DNA of 64,000 nucleotides from Tubulanus polymorphus (lineage: Eukaryota; Animalia; Nemertea), in assembly GCF_964204645.1 (NCBI RefSeq), contig NC_134029.1:8520850-8584849 (forward strand). Direction: 5' to 3'. How positions within the stretch are numbered: position 1 is the first letter of the stretch; each line of letters starts with the position of its first letter. Below the pieces are notes generated by a model that was not told where the DNA came from, did no database searches, and saw nothing but the letters and a program-made list of their open reading frames with translations. The position numbers were made by a program, and so were the translations under genes. This document shows positions 22,800 through 35,300 of this stretch, piece after piece.

Positions 22800-24956
22800 C
22801 TAGTTTTTCTTTGGTTTCAACTGTTCGTACTTGGATTTGCTGCCCCACCATAGAAGGAACGGAATTCCGAGGGATGGTAAAGTCATCACAGCGAATGCTC
22901 CCCAATCGAGCTGAAATGATCAGTGAATTTTGTCCTAATTAAGTTACTCAAATACATGATTTTTATTGTCAAGACGAAGGATACTTAATCAGGGTGACCA
23001 CTTTCCTCGCATTCACAAATGGTTTCCTAATTTGCCATGTGATTACCGGTTCACAAATAGCATTTTACAGTCAATAGCATTATCCAAATCCCCTGAGTTT
23101 TCAAGGTTTTTGGTAAAATTTTACACATTCAGACTCCCTAAGTTTCCCTGACTTTTATCTCGATTTTTCTTATACCCTCAGTTAATTAGCAAGGAGTCAA
23201 CTGTATTTCCCTCTGCAGATGGTGCTAAGGTCGTAAGTTCTTGAAGGCAGTTCCAGGGTCTTGTTACTTACACATTACAGTGGGTTTAAATCTAAGTTGA
23301 TAATCCGATTAGCTATGCAATAAGTTTACTTAAAACTGATCTAAACTCATTTTTAAGCCCCTAGTAACCAAGCGAAACATACCATGTGAGGTGAAAATCT
23401 CCTTTCGTATTCTTTGCTTGGAATGACTTCTCTGTGTCCTGGTGCACTAGTATGTCCAAACTAAAAATACAGATTTCAAATCATTTTCAAAAATGAGGCC
23501 TTTCTGAAATTGCTATCCCCTGCCAATGAAAGAAATACTTTTACAATTGATAATTTTGACTCAAAAATTTTCTTCGGATTAAGTAAAATTTGAATCATGA
23601 ATAATACTTCACATGGTTCCAGGTTAAATGGACCAAATGAAGTGAAAATCCGGAGTGCAGAATCTGAAGCAAGTTCTACTCTAGTTCCATTCCTATGATT
23701 GTGCAACCTCGCATTACTAAGACAAACTGAAAAATACACTTACAATTGTTTCTTTACTGTCTTCAGTGGATTGGTAATGAAGTTCCCCCGATGTAAAGTT
23801 GTAGACGCCGTAATTGGTCGGTTTCAAGATAACCACGTGGCTCACGTTGCTTCCTCTAAAGATTCACGAGTCAAGGAAACAAAACATTTTTAAGCATAAT
23901 TTTCAGATAAAAAGCTTTGCTTCTCAGAGATTCTGGGAATCTTTTTATGGTCAAGGTCCAGTTTCAGAAAAAAGTTCAGCTTAAGATTTCGGCTTACTAA
24001 CACTATTGGTTACTTCACATAGTCAATGAAGATAACAGATAAAACTTAATTGAATTTAAACTTTTCAAAGAAACTGAAACCAGATATGTGAAACATGGTT
24101 ATAAGGGCTGTTGCAAAAATAGCTTTTAGTTCAAGTAGTAATACAAATTTATGAGTTTGCTGCCAACAACCAATAAACAGTTTAAATCTACAGGTTCGGA
24201 TCAGTCTCTTTGTGCAGATGATAGATGTGAATTACATCTGTTGCAACACATGTAGTACATGGCCTATCATTCTTGAATTTCATTATTCTCAAATATTAAA
24301 ACAAGTTTTGGACATTTTGCTCGAATTAAAGGAGTTTCAAGCACCTTAAAAAGCATTCCAGTTAGGTAGGGACCCTCTAACCAGAGACATACAATTTTTA
24401 CAAATATCATGTAAGGATACGGTGCAATTCGTTCCCATTTTACGTTCAGCATTCCGATTACTCGATCAAAATCTTGCTCGGGGAATGATTCGTCGTTTAA
24501 CTTTACGTTGAACGCAGCACTGAAAAACAAAACACAAAATAAGATATCAAATATGCAGATAGACGATAGGCGAATTTTGTTTGTACACAGTCAGCCAATT
24601 ACTCTCCTAAGTAGGCCTAAATAAGATTTCTGCGGAACACCAAAGTAAAAAACTTTAGAAAATCATCCTCTTTCTACCAATTGGTTATATTTGGGGCGGC
24701 TCATTTCATAATAATATTTCGATTCGGGGGCCAGTCATGGCTTAGATTAAGACAAGATCAGTCTAGTGAGTAATTTGAAAACTTACCCTCCACCAACGTT
24801 GTAGATACTGTACTCCACAGTAAGTTCTTTACCCTCGACGATGTATGGGTTCAACACATTTTTCGAGGCTAACAACCTGGCAGTGGAATCATCGTTATCG
24901 GCAGTATTGGTTCCGAAAACAACGGCTAATACGAACAATGCAATCAAACCCCTCAT
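22800..24956 (-). CDS. SSR2: Translocon-associated protein subunit beta (TRAP-beta), 189 aa, 5 coding exons
   Basis: Minus-strand exons 24956-24787, 24519-24421, 23855-23744, 23460-23383 and 22910-22800. Translation: [15 protein letters not shown]...[30 protein letters not shown]...[22 protein letters not shown]...YNFT...TSAPG...[44 protein letters not shown]. Confidence 0.96.
23856..24420 (-). other. U12-type (minor spliceosome) GT-AG intron of SSR2
   Basis: 5' splice site GTATCCTTAC; branch site TTTCCTTGAC with the branch A ~16 nt from the terminal AG; no long polypyrimidine tract. Confidence 0.88.
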
Positions 24957-25576
24957 CTGAAAAATGAATTAAACATATATATGATAAATGTGGTAACCGG
25001 TGATGTCGGACATCAAAATACACCAAGTTTCCATGATTTTGAGAACCTTACTCCCAACCAAAATTGGAAACATGCAGCTGATCTATGTTCTTAAGTGAGT
25101 GACTGGTAGTTAAAGACTTAGTAAGTATACTACTAGAACTTAGAGTCAGCAATTACAATCAATGGTCAAATGATGATATCATTCACTGACGGTGACACTG
25201 CAACCACCACCAATCCAAGACTAAAATTAAAAACAAGGCCAAGGGTGACCTAACTAAACTGCTGTCTTACCCCAACCACTGCCTAAAAAAGGTCTGTCCA
25301 GAATAAGTGAACAGAAGTGCGGTGGTGCACGCACACGCAAGCGCACTGGACTGTGTGGAGAAACAGGTGGTTTGTCTTTGAAAAAAGTGGATGGATAGAT
25401 GATGGATTGCCTGGGAATTTTGGAGAGTCAAGCAAGCCAAGGTACTTGGTGCAGAAGGCATCTAATTCGTTCACTACTCATTTACAAAAAAGCATTGTAC
25501 GCAACGTATCGATTCATTCTCGACCAAATATGACGAAAATGGCCAAAAATAATTGAATTGACGGTGGACAGTTTAC

Positions 25577-25618
25577 CTTTTCAGTACACACAAACCAACA
25601 CAACCCGGAAGAGGAAGT
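25577..25618 (-). promoter_or_regulatory. Probable non-coding first exon / pyrimidine-rich TSS of SSR2
   Basis: The SSR2 ATG directly follows an acceptor (ttttcag|ATG), so an upstream exon is likely. The minus strand reads cttcctcttccgggttg...gaaaag|gtaaac, with ETS-type CCGGAAG/GGAAGT motifs. Confidence 0.55.
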
Positions 25619-26071
25619 AACGTGCCACGACACATGTAGGCGGCAGTGCGGTATAAACAATTCCTCACGTGCCGCTATACGCGCTTGGTCTAAAAAATCT
25701 AAAACCACCGAGTATCAATTTTAAAAAGTTTTTCGACAATTCTTCTGGTAATGAATAGTAGAATATTGATGTTATTTTAATGGAAAATTTTATTTTCTTG
25801 TAAATAAAACTATATTGCATTGACTCTGGCAGGTGAGGATTTTGACAGCTGACGCAATTAGCGCAGCGCCCTCTGTTCAAACAAGTGTGTGCGGTAATGA
25901 TGCAAAATATTCCACTCTGCGAGCTATTGGCATTCCAAGTTTTCTACACGACATATAATTCGATGTTCGATTAACGTGTTGCAGTGAATAGTTATCAAAT
26001 ATCGTTCGTGAATTCTGCAAAATCTTCAATGTTTACTAATAATTTGACAGTTCCCAGGGCAGAACAACGTT

Positions 26072-26195
26072 AGCCAATCAGGATAGGCGATTTCAAACGG
26101 GCACTTGCGCTAACGGCCGGTCAGGTAGTGTCAGCCAATCAGGGTGCGCGCTTTCAAACGGGCACTTGCGCCAGAAACGAGCTTTGTTTACGTCA
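26072..26195 (+). promoter_or_regulatory. Cyclin G promoter: duplicated CCAAT + CHR-like module, then FOXO/CRE-like site
   Basis: agccaatcagg-N-tttcaaacgggcacttgcgc occurs twice (26072-26110, 26133-26171); TGTTTACGTCA at ~26185. Confidence 0.65.
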
Positions 26196-26351
26196 AGAGG
26201 GAGAAAGAAACATCAGAACAGAACTAATACTAGAATTTATCAGCCGAACATTTGCGGAGATCTCAGAAATGCTGCTTTAAGTAAGAAAAGAGTAAGAGAG
26301 GAAAGCTTCGAGAGAGGAGGAGGAAAATTCATTCGGGCAGAATAAGAGAGT

Positions 26352-29300
26352 ATGGGACCGGTAGCTTTTGCGTTAGTGGAGAAAATGGGCGATTTCGACG
26401 ACCACTTTACTGTTACATCTGACAGCAGTATCCATCACCCAGTTAGCCTTGTTGTTGATATGATGAAAACCGATGAAGATAACTTCCAGGTAGCGGTGGT
26501 GAGTATATTTTGATATATGGCTGAAAATCCCAGAGATTTTCGAAGTTTCAAAAAGGCAGGGTCCACTCATGTCAGAGCCAACGCAAAACAGGAACTGAAG
26601 AAATGAAATTGATTACTTAGATGGGGAGGTACACTCGGTCATCCTTATTACCGAGATGGTATTTTAGAATTAGAGATCAGTTTCAGGCACTCGTAGTGGT
26701 GTAGAGGGTTCGAATACAGAATAGCTCATTTTTCAATTTAGCCTACAAAGAAATATCAGGCAAAAGTGTAGTCTGAATACCAGTTGTTGTTACCGGTTCC
26801 CTACAACGTCTGACGCTAAGTATCATAGAGAGGTTAACTCCCGTTAATTGCAATGCAACAACTGATTTTAGTGTAAAATCAAACCTTTGTACTAAAATAA
26901 ATAAATAAGTTACCTTGTTGACTTTTGAAAACGTGTTTTATCATAATATTTTTGATGATTTAAATCGTGAACCGGAGAATTTATCAATTTGATTTGAATT
27001 GAATTGATTGCACAAGATTTCCAAAATCGGCATTTGGTTGTAGCAATTAGAAATTGCTTCCAACGCGCCTGGGTACTAGACTAGCAAAAGTGAAACAAAT
27101 TGAGGCAGTCAAATCTACGAAAATGATACAAACGATAGAAACATTACATTAACTTACTGAATTTGTTGAGCATGAGCATCAAATTTCTAAATCTGCCTTT
27201 GGTTTAATGCCAGTCAAATTAAAAACAAACCAATGTAACCAATTATCCACGCTACACGTTAATGGCGTATCTGCAGGCCTGAGTTTAAGCGTAAAACGAT
27301 TTAGGCCTAGTTCGAATTGTTTTCGACATTTTAAAAGTGAAGTAACCTTAGCAATTACATCGCAGTTAGAGCTTGAAATCTATGGTCCGACTTGACACAG
27401 GTTTTAGTCTCAGCCCTCAAAATGGCTCAACGTTGGATATTGCACAAAATTTATGATCAAATCTCTGTCCAGATCGGATGGTAGTTTAATCAAGCCAGTT
27501 GGCCTGTAATTGACTTTGTTCCATATAAAAAGAAGGGCATTAGCACAGGCACAACAGTGTAAAATATTCTCCATAGAAGCCGAAAATAGGCATTGGCTTT
27601 AGTATAAACACGTTCTGTTTTTGGTTTTAAATTTAGCGTTTGATCTGCTATGTATAAATACATTCTGAGCGATCACCTGTTGAGAGAAAAATGAAATTGA
27701 CTTTTAAGTTTCTTTGTTATTGAAATAAGAACACTTTCAGGCTATTTCAAGATTTATATAACTTAACCCCCCAACCTAAGGACTGGTGTCCTTACGTAAT
27801 ATGTTTGATCACAGCTTGTGACACAAGATGTTCGTTTGGAACGATTTCGTAATCTATATCAGAACATCGTTTATTGTGAATAACTAACTGTTTGTGTTAC
27901 TGTTGTTAGGAGAGTAGATTCTCTCAGAACAACACACACTGGCATTGACTGCTGCTACAACTAGGATTGGGTCTAATTAGCATGATAATGGCAAATATCG
28001 ACAATCAATGATATCAATCAATTATTAACCGTTGCTAGTAGATTGACATTGAAAACTGACTTCTAGGATATCGGAGTGGTTTTAGGTTATGTATCATCAG
28101 AAAACTTGGCATGTTGACAAGTGATTGTCAATTCGATATTCCATTTTAAGGTTGGTTTTGCAATAGGCTATGGAAATTAGTTTTGAATTGGCCACGTTTA
28201 CTATATAATGTCCTCATTCGACCTAAATTTTTGAAGATACGAATTATACATTCAAAATATCTTGTTTATGTATGCCACGATATGGGGCAAAGCAAAAATC
28301 ATAATTTTTGTTACAAAGAGGAATCGTTGGCATTAATTTGTTCCCATTGAAAAACCATGGTGTTATAGATTTCTATAAATCCGGTAGGCCTATAATAAAG
28401 TTGAGATCTTCACCAATTTTGACTGTAATCATTTCTTGAATGATTGATAGTTTTTGTCTCAGATGAAGAGGTTATCGGACTTGTTTTGGCTAGGTGCCCT
28501 TGTCTACGTTAAGGTCATCAATATTTCCGAAACGATAACTCATTTTTATTTGCATAATTCTATTATTCGGCTGAACGGTTCCATAGGTCATTCTTTCTAG
28601 ATTATTCTAAGGTTAAACCACGCGATTCTTTATTTTGCTCAGTGACGTCTGGCTTGATAATTCTGTTTAGAAGACCATGAAGTGCCTCTACATTCCATAA
28701 AATTTCTTTAAACGATTATTTCAATGCGTTGGTATTTGTGTAGTGCCCTTCTAGTTCGAATATGAAATTTCTACATAATATTGGCCATTTACGTGAATTC
28801 ATGAGTATCTTGAGATCATTATCATTGTCATGATCATCATGTTGTCTTCGAAACGTCTTTACTAAACTAGTTGTTTTGTTTGATCGTTTTTTCACAGGTT
28901 GGTGACAGCAATGGAACTGGGTGTGGTATGAAATATTTACAGATGTTGGAGGTGGCCTTGATTAAGTCGTGTGTGTATCAACCCAACGTGAATGGTTTGG
29001 TATACGGCCCAATGGTACGTATTCTATTATAACGAGTTATGCCTTCGGTGCTGATGGCGATGAAATATATTCAATAGATTCAAATGACTTGGTTTAAGAT
29101 CATTAGGCTTTCAGAAAAATGTAGGCCTATGTATGTGATGAAATATTCTTATCTTATTGTAAATACATTAGATTAGAATAACTTTCCCTTGCTGGCAGAT
29201 TGACCTAGTTAAAAACAGAACCCCTTCAATATTGCTTTCAGTGTTAGATAAAAATAGGGTTTAGATTATTCACACGAAGCTGAAGAGATGATTGCGTAAG

Positions 29301-32300
29301 AGTCCGAATATTCGTTTCTGTCGACTTTTATGAAAAACATTTGATGAATTGTTTTAAAAGATTTAATGATTACTAAATAGATCGGTTTCCATTATGCGTG
29401 ATGTTAATCATGTGCGGTCAGTGTAGAAGTGAGTGGGTGACTTCAGAATTTCCTGAACCACGCTGACTACGCATACATTTTGCCATTTCCGGAACCCTTT
29501 ATGAATTCTGTACACATCAGCTGATTTCTAATTGTTCTAATTGTTCAATCCACTGAATGGAGTTGCGTATGTCCGGCGCGATTGTGTTGTTACGCTCTTA
29601 CAATCACGTTCGTTCCTGGTTTTATAGTTAGTGCCAGCGTGCCTGGTGTCCTTATTTGGAAATGACCTGGATCGATTTGTTTATAAACAAAAAGTAGTAA
29701 AGTGCGTAGTAGATACTCGATTAATCAGGTCACGAACTGAATTGTTCCAGGGACTTATCCCGGGACCTGTTTATGGTAGTAGTTTTAGGTCTTGTGATAC
29801 TGGCAGTGCCAACAGCGTTGTCATGATGGAGCAAGTACGTGCACTGGCTGTCAAGCTTTAAATTTAATTTGTGTTAAAATCGAATTAAGGCTAAGCTGTA
29901 TTACTTATCAATTCCATTGAAATAGAAACCATTTAGGTTTTTTAAGGGTATGGAAAGATCTAGGGTAGTTCGTACCTTAGACCCTACTATTTGGTCTAAG
30001 CTTATTGTAGGTCTTGGAGAGGCTAAGATTTAAGGCTAGAAATGACTAGATTAGGATCAGCAGGATAAGATTATGGGTTAGCGCCGTATGGTAAGGGTAG
30101 TTCAGTGGTTTAGGCGCATAAGGTGTGCATTGATTGTCTACATACTTTAACGTTGTTGTTATTTAACTTCACGTCGTCACTGTTACTTTTAGAATGAAGA
30201 TAAGGTCGGGTGTGAGGACAGAGACAAAGCCGTTACGAACCTACGTTGTTTACACTTGTTCTACGGATTTAGTCCCGAAACGTTTGCGCTCTCTGTCAGC
30301 TTGTTAGACCGGTTCTTATGTAAAGTCAAGGTATGTATTTATTTACGCGCATTCTACTAATCTGTGTCACTAGAAATTAAACAGGCATTAAAAAGTGGAT
30401 TTCAGTCCGACGACAGCAAATAAACCCGACAGAAGAGATTTATTAAAACGATTGAATTCTGTGAAGTGCAGGCCCGCGATATGTTTTATTTGAAAATTCA
30501 TTAATCCTGGCAAGTTTTCCCAGGTACTGTTAAAAAAAAAATTGCGCATTTGAACGGTTGCCAATGGGACAATATTATTGTTTCACTGCTTTATTAGGTC
30601 GTTTGCTTCAGAGAATTGTTACGTGAATGAACAATGTGAATTATAATCACCAGGTTCCCTCTGAATTGAAATTGTCCATTGATTCTTTGACTGTTGAATG
30701 GTTTTTTTTCCGAAAAATCCTCCAGTTTTCGTGCTTAGATTCCAAAAATTGCAAGAAATATTTTGGATGGTTAATACCACCCTTCTTCAGTCCTTTAATT
30801 TTACATCTTTCTGAGAGAAGGACCCATACTGGACTGAAGAAAAAAACACGACTGGAGCCAAAACCTCAAGTCCTATTTAGATTTTTCTAAGAATTCCAGT
30901 TTTCCTAATCCTCAACTTGCGACTGGTCGACTCGTTGAATATTAATTTTCTTTCCAATATTACCAAAAAAGCAAGAGTTAAACATGCTTGAAATAATATT
31001 GGGGCTGGTCTTGGATGCTTATTGTAATGCGTTCAACAGCGTTTTATAAAAAAAGACTTTCTATCTGATTTTGTGTTGTTGCAGGTGCGTCCCAAGTACT
31101 TGTCTTGTATCGCGACGGCTTGCTACTTCATCGCTGTTAAAACCGTCGAAGAAGACAGCGAGATACCGTACGCGACCGAACTAGTCAAGCTGAGCCAGTG
31201 CGGCGGCGCCGCAGCTGACCTGCTACGAATGGAGGGCATAATACTCGATAAACTCGACTGGGATCTGAATCCGGTGACGACGCTGACGTTCGTCAACAAT
31301 TTCTATGCAATATTCGTCGAGAAGTTTCCAGAATTGGCGTCGACGGCGTTGATCGAATCGGCCGTGTCGAAGTTAGAAGTCTGTATGTGCCACTACGGTT
31401 TCTACGGATTTCAGGTAATTATGATACGAAATTGACAGCTCCTTGGAGCTTTGCAAAGATTCCCTGAGTCCTATTGATTCCTCGAAAACTTCTTCTACAC
31501 CTTGTTTTTCAAGGTCCTTGAATTTGAGCGAAATGACCAAAAGTCCTTGAAAACTCCTTGAATTTTGAGAAATTGGCAATTTGAAAATGTTTAGGTCTAG
31601 TCAGTATTCATAGGCCAAATACACGCAGATTCCACTGAATTAAATTGTTTAGGCGGTGACTGAATTAGAAACTGAGTTTCTTTGAAGTTAATGATTATAT
31701 TTGCTTACTAGGTCACTGAATTAACAGTTTACTGCGATATAAACATTACCGATTTAGGAGGAGTGTATGAAACACTGATACATACACTCCTTGAAATTTG
31801 AAATTTTCTCCTTGTATTCTGTAATGACTGATCTGTAGGTTCCCTCGATTCCGTGTTTTTGAACGCATCTTTATTTTCTGGTTTAACCTGATTCCAACTA
31901 CGTTTTGTTTTAACATTTTCTATCCAAGTACCTTATCAGGAGTGACTCGTTAATTACCATGTCCCTTAATGCGCAATTTTAGATTACCCGGCCCTGAACC
32001 TTTATAGTAAACCGAATTAAATGCGGAATATTTCGAACGCCCAGTCATAAAATCGTCAACAATCTTGTTATGATAAGAATATGACGTCGGTGTTTGTCAC
32101 TATTTCCTGCAATATGTTGACAGGAATTCATCGGCATCGTCATGCGACAGATTGTTCGAGGAAAACCACTTGTTTACTTTGAAATTCATGAATGAAGAAA
32201 CCATAAAATGCCACCTGCTTGAACGAACGTGAATCTGTTACTTCTGTGTAGAATAGAAATCTTTTTGATAATTTTTTAATATCATGAAAATGATTCCATC

Positions 32301-35300
32301 CACAAACGGTTTTGTAGTGAGGACTGGCTTATATGAACAATGAATTATTTTCAATTAGATGAGTAATTTGGGAGTTTAAATGAGTTGAAACTGTTCATAA
32401 CTTCCGATAATATTGAATCATGTTTCTGGTCTGGAAATTAGTGTCTATTTCACATACGTTTTGGATACTGAAGGTGTATAACTGTCACTTAAAACGAACA
32501 TACTTTATAGGACACATAAAATTCTTTGAAACAAGGTTCTAAGGTTCATTGTGTTCTGTATCTTCAATATTTAACATATATCTGTATATTCTATTTAGGC
32601 CCAATCTCTTGCTTTGGCGATCTTCAGTTGTGCACTGCAAGAAGTGAGTGCTAGTGTACCCGCGTTATCTGCTATCATTGACCTGCAAGTTTATTGTAAG
32701 GTAAGATTTCTCAAATTTTCATTTGTTTAACAATCAATGAAGGCCCATCGTTTATTGGGTGAAAGTTGAACAGGAATGCGAAATATGATTGCCTCAATTC
32801 CAAATTATAAAGGAAAAAATTGAACACAGATCATCAGATGTAAACGTTGATGCAATTTTCAAATGCTGTATTGTTTGTTTTTAGTCCCTGTAGCCTCTCT
32901 AGATGATATCTAAACAATTTCTTTGGCAATTTTTCGATTTCGAATTAACCAATGTTAGTACTTCCAGACCTCTCTGGACAAAACGATATTGTGAATTACA
33001 TATGCTGAGTCTGCTGTAGGTAACTTTCTAAAAGCGGAGCAGAGTGCGGAGCAGAACCAGGGGCGGAGCGCGGAATAGCGTGTCTCGAGTATTTGCGGAA
33101 CAGTGCGTTAGGGCTCAGTACACCGTACGGACATCACGTCCTGCAGTTTACAAAGCGTTATCGATTCACTGTTGAAATATCATTGTGTTATAGGCCCATC
33201 TGGATTGAGACGAGATAAACCCAAAAAACATCTAAAGCATGACGCTGACAACCAGCCAATGACGGTGTCAGTACGGATGAACCAGTTTGGTTACTACAAT
33301 AAGCTCATATACATGTAGTTTATGGACCAAAAATCTGTGTAAATCGGCTCCGAAATTTTAGCGCAGTCGACTGTATATCAGTATAACAATACCACATTAA
33401 CCGTGATAAAAAAAACATCTAAGTCGTTCCATGTTCGTCTATTCCCCAAATATTCGAGACACGCTATTCTGCGATGAGGAGAGAATCCCACAATGATAAT
33501 AAAAAGTCCGAAAATGAAACTTCGAGATAGTAGTTTATTCAACGTTTCGACTATATCCTAATAGTCATCTTCAGGAATAATGAGATACTACAGAAATTAT
33601 GAGATATATATACAATCCAGGGACAAAGAGACTAATTCAAGTAATCAGAGATGATACAAACTAAAGGAAAATTAACGTAGAAACAGTTACACGCTAAAAT
33701 AGATTAAAGGGAAGCAAACTAAGGGGTGATTATAAACAACAATAGTGAGTATAAATATAAATGAAACTTAAAGTCAGTAGTAAAAAGAAAGACAAACTAA
33801 GGGGCACTTAAATTAAAACAAAGGTGAATACAAGTTAAGTCAGAGACGAAATTGATGAGAGAACAAATAACAAATAATCAAAGGGGAAATCAAGTGTTGA
33901 GTTTAACCAGTTTACAGAGGAATTTTGATATAAGTTTATTATGGGGTGAAAAACCATTGTTAAGGTTTACAACGTTGTTCGAATTTTCAATAATTAATGC
34001 AGATTCCAAAATATGTCTTCTAGTTTTATCGCTGCAAGGGTAAACTAATTCAGCATTAGCAAAATCAAAATTGTGTGAAGTCTGAAAAACATGACTAGCA
34101 ACTCCGCTTTCAGGTTTAAAGTTTTTTACATCTAATTTATGCTCTTTTATGCGTTGATTAAGATTCCGACCTGTTTCTCCTATATATACTTTGTCGCAAA
34201 CTTTACAAGGTATTTTATAAATTCCACAGTTTAGGGATTCGGTTTTCGGTTTGTTGTTAATCAATATGTTACTAAGTTTATTATTGTATTTAAAGATGAG
34301 TTGTTTATTTAGTGACCGAAGAGAAACTTTAGAATTCTCGAGGAAAGGTACATACGGTACAATGATAGGCTGTTTATCGGTAGCCAACGTAGGAGTTCTA
34401 AGGTTGTTATTTCTAAAATGCGTAGTACGAGCTTTAAGTAGAGCTTTTTTCAATAGGAAATCGGGGTAGGCAAGTTTTTTGAGAGATTGGTTAATATGGT
34501 GAATTTCATCGGGTAGAAATGAGGGGTCGCAAATTCTCAAAGCGCGAAGAAATAATCCTTGAGCTAAACCGAGTTTAATATCCGGAGAAGTAAAAGAGAA
34601 GTAATGGAGGTAGGATTCAGCGTTGGTAGGTTTCCTATAAATAGGTTTATAGGAAACCTACCAACGCTGAATCCTACCTCCATTACTTCTCTTTTACTTC
34701 TCCGGATATTAAACTCGGTTTAGCTCAAGGATTATTTCTTCGCGCTTTGAGAATTTGCGACCCCTCATTTCTACCCGATGAAATTCACCATATTAACCAA
34801 TCTCTCAAAAAACTTGCCTACCCCGATTTCCTATTGAAAAAAGCTCTACTTAAAGCTCGTACTACGCATTTTAGAAATAACAACCTTAGAACTCCTACGT
34901 TGGCTACCGATAAACAGCCTATCATTGTACCGTATGTACCTTTCCTCGAGAATTCTAAAGTTTCTCTTCGGTCACTAAATAAACAACTCATCTTTAAATA
35001 CAATAATAAACTTAGTAACATATTGATTAACAACAAACCGAAAACCGAATCCCTAAACTGTGGAATTTATAAAATACCTTGTAAAGTTTGCGACAAAGTA
35101 TATATAGGAGAAACAGGTCGGAATCTTAATCAACGCATAAAAGAGCATAAATTAGATGTAAAAAACTTTAAACCTGAAAGCGGAGTTGCTAGTCATGTTT
35201 TTCAGACTTCACACAATTTTGATTTTGCTAATGCTGAATTAGTTTACCCTTGCAGCGATAAAACTAGAAGACATATTTTGGAATCTGCATTAATTATTGA

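Noticed and set aside
28100-28125. Possible p53 response element in cyclin G intron 1 (ggcatgttgacaagtg)
   Set aside because: The half-sites overlap and do not fit RRRCWWGYYY x2 spacing.
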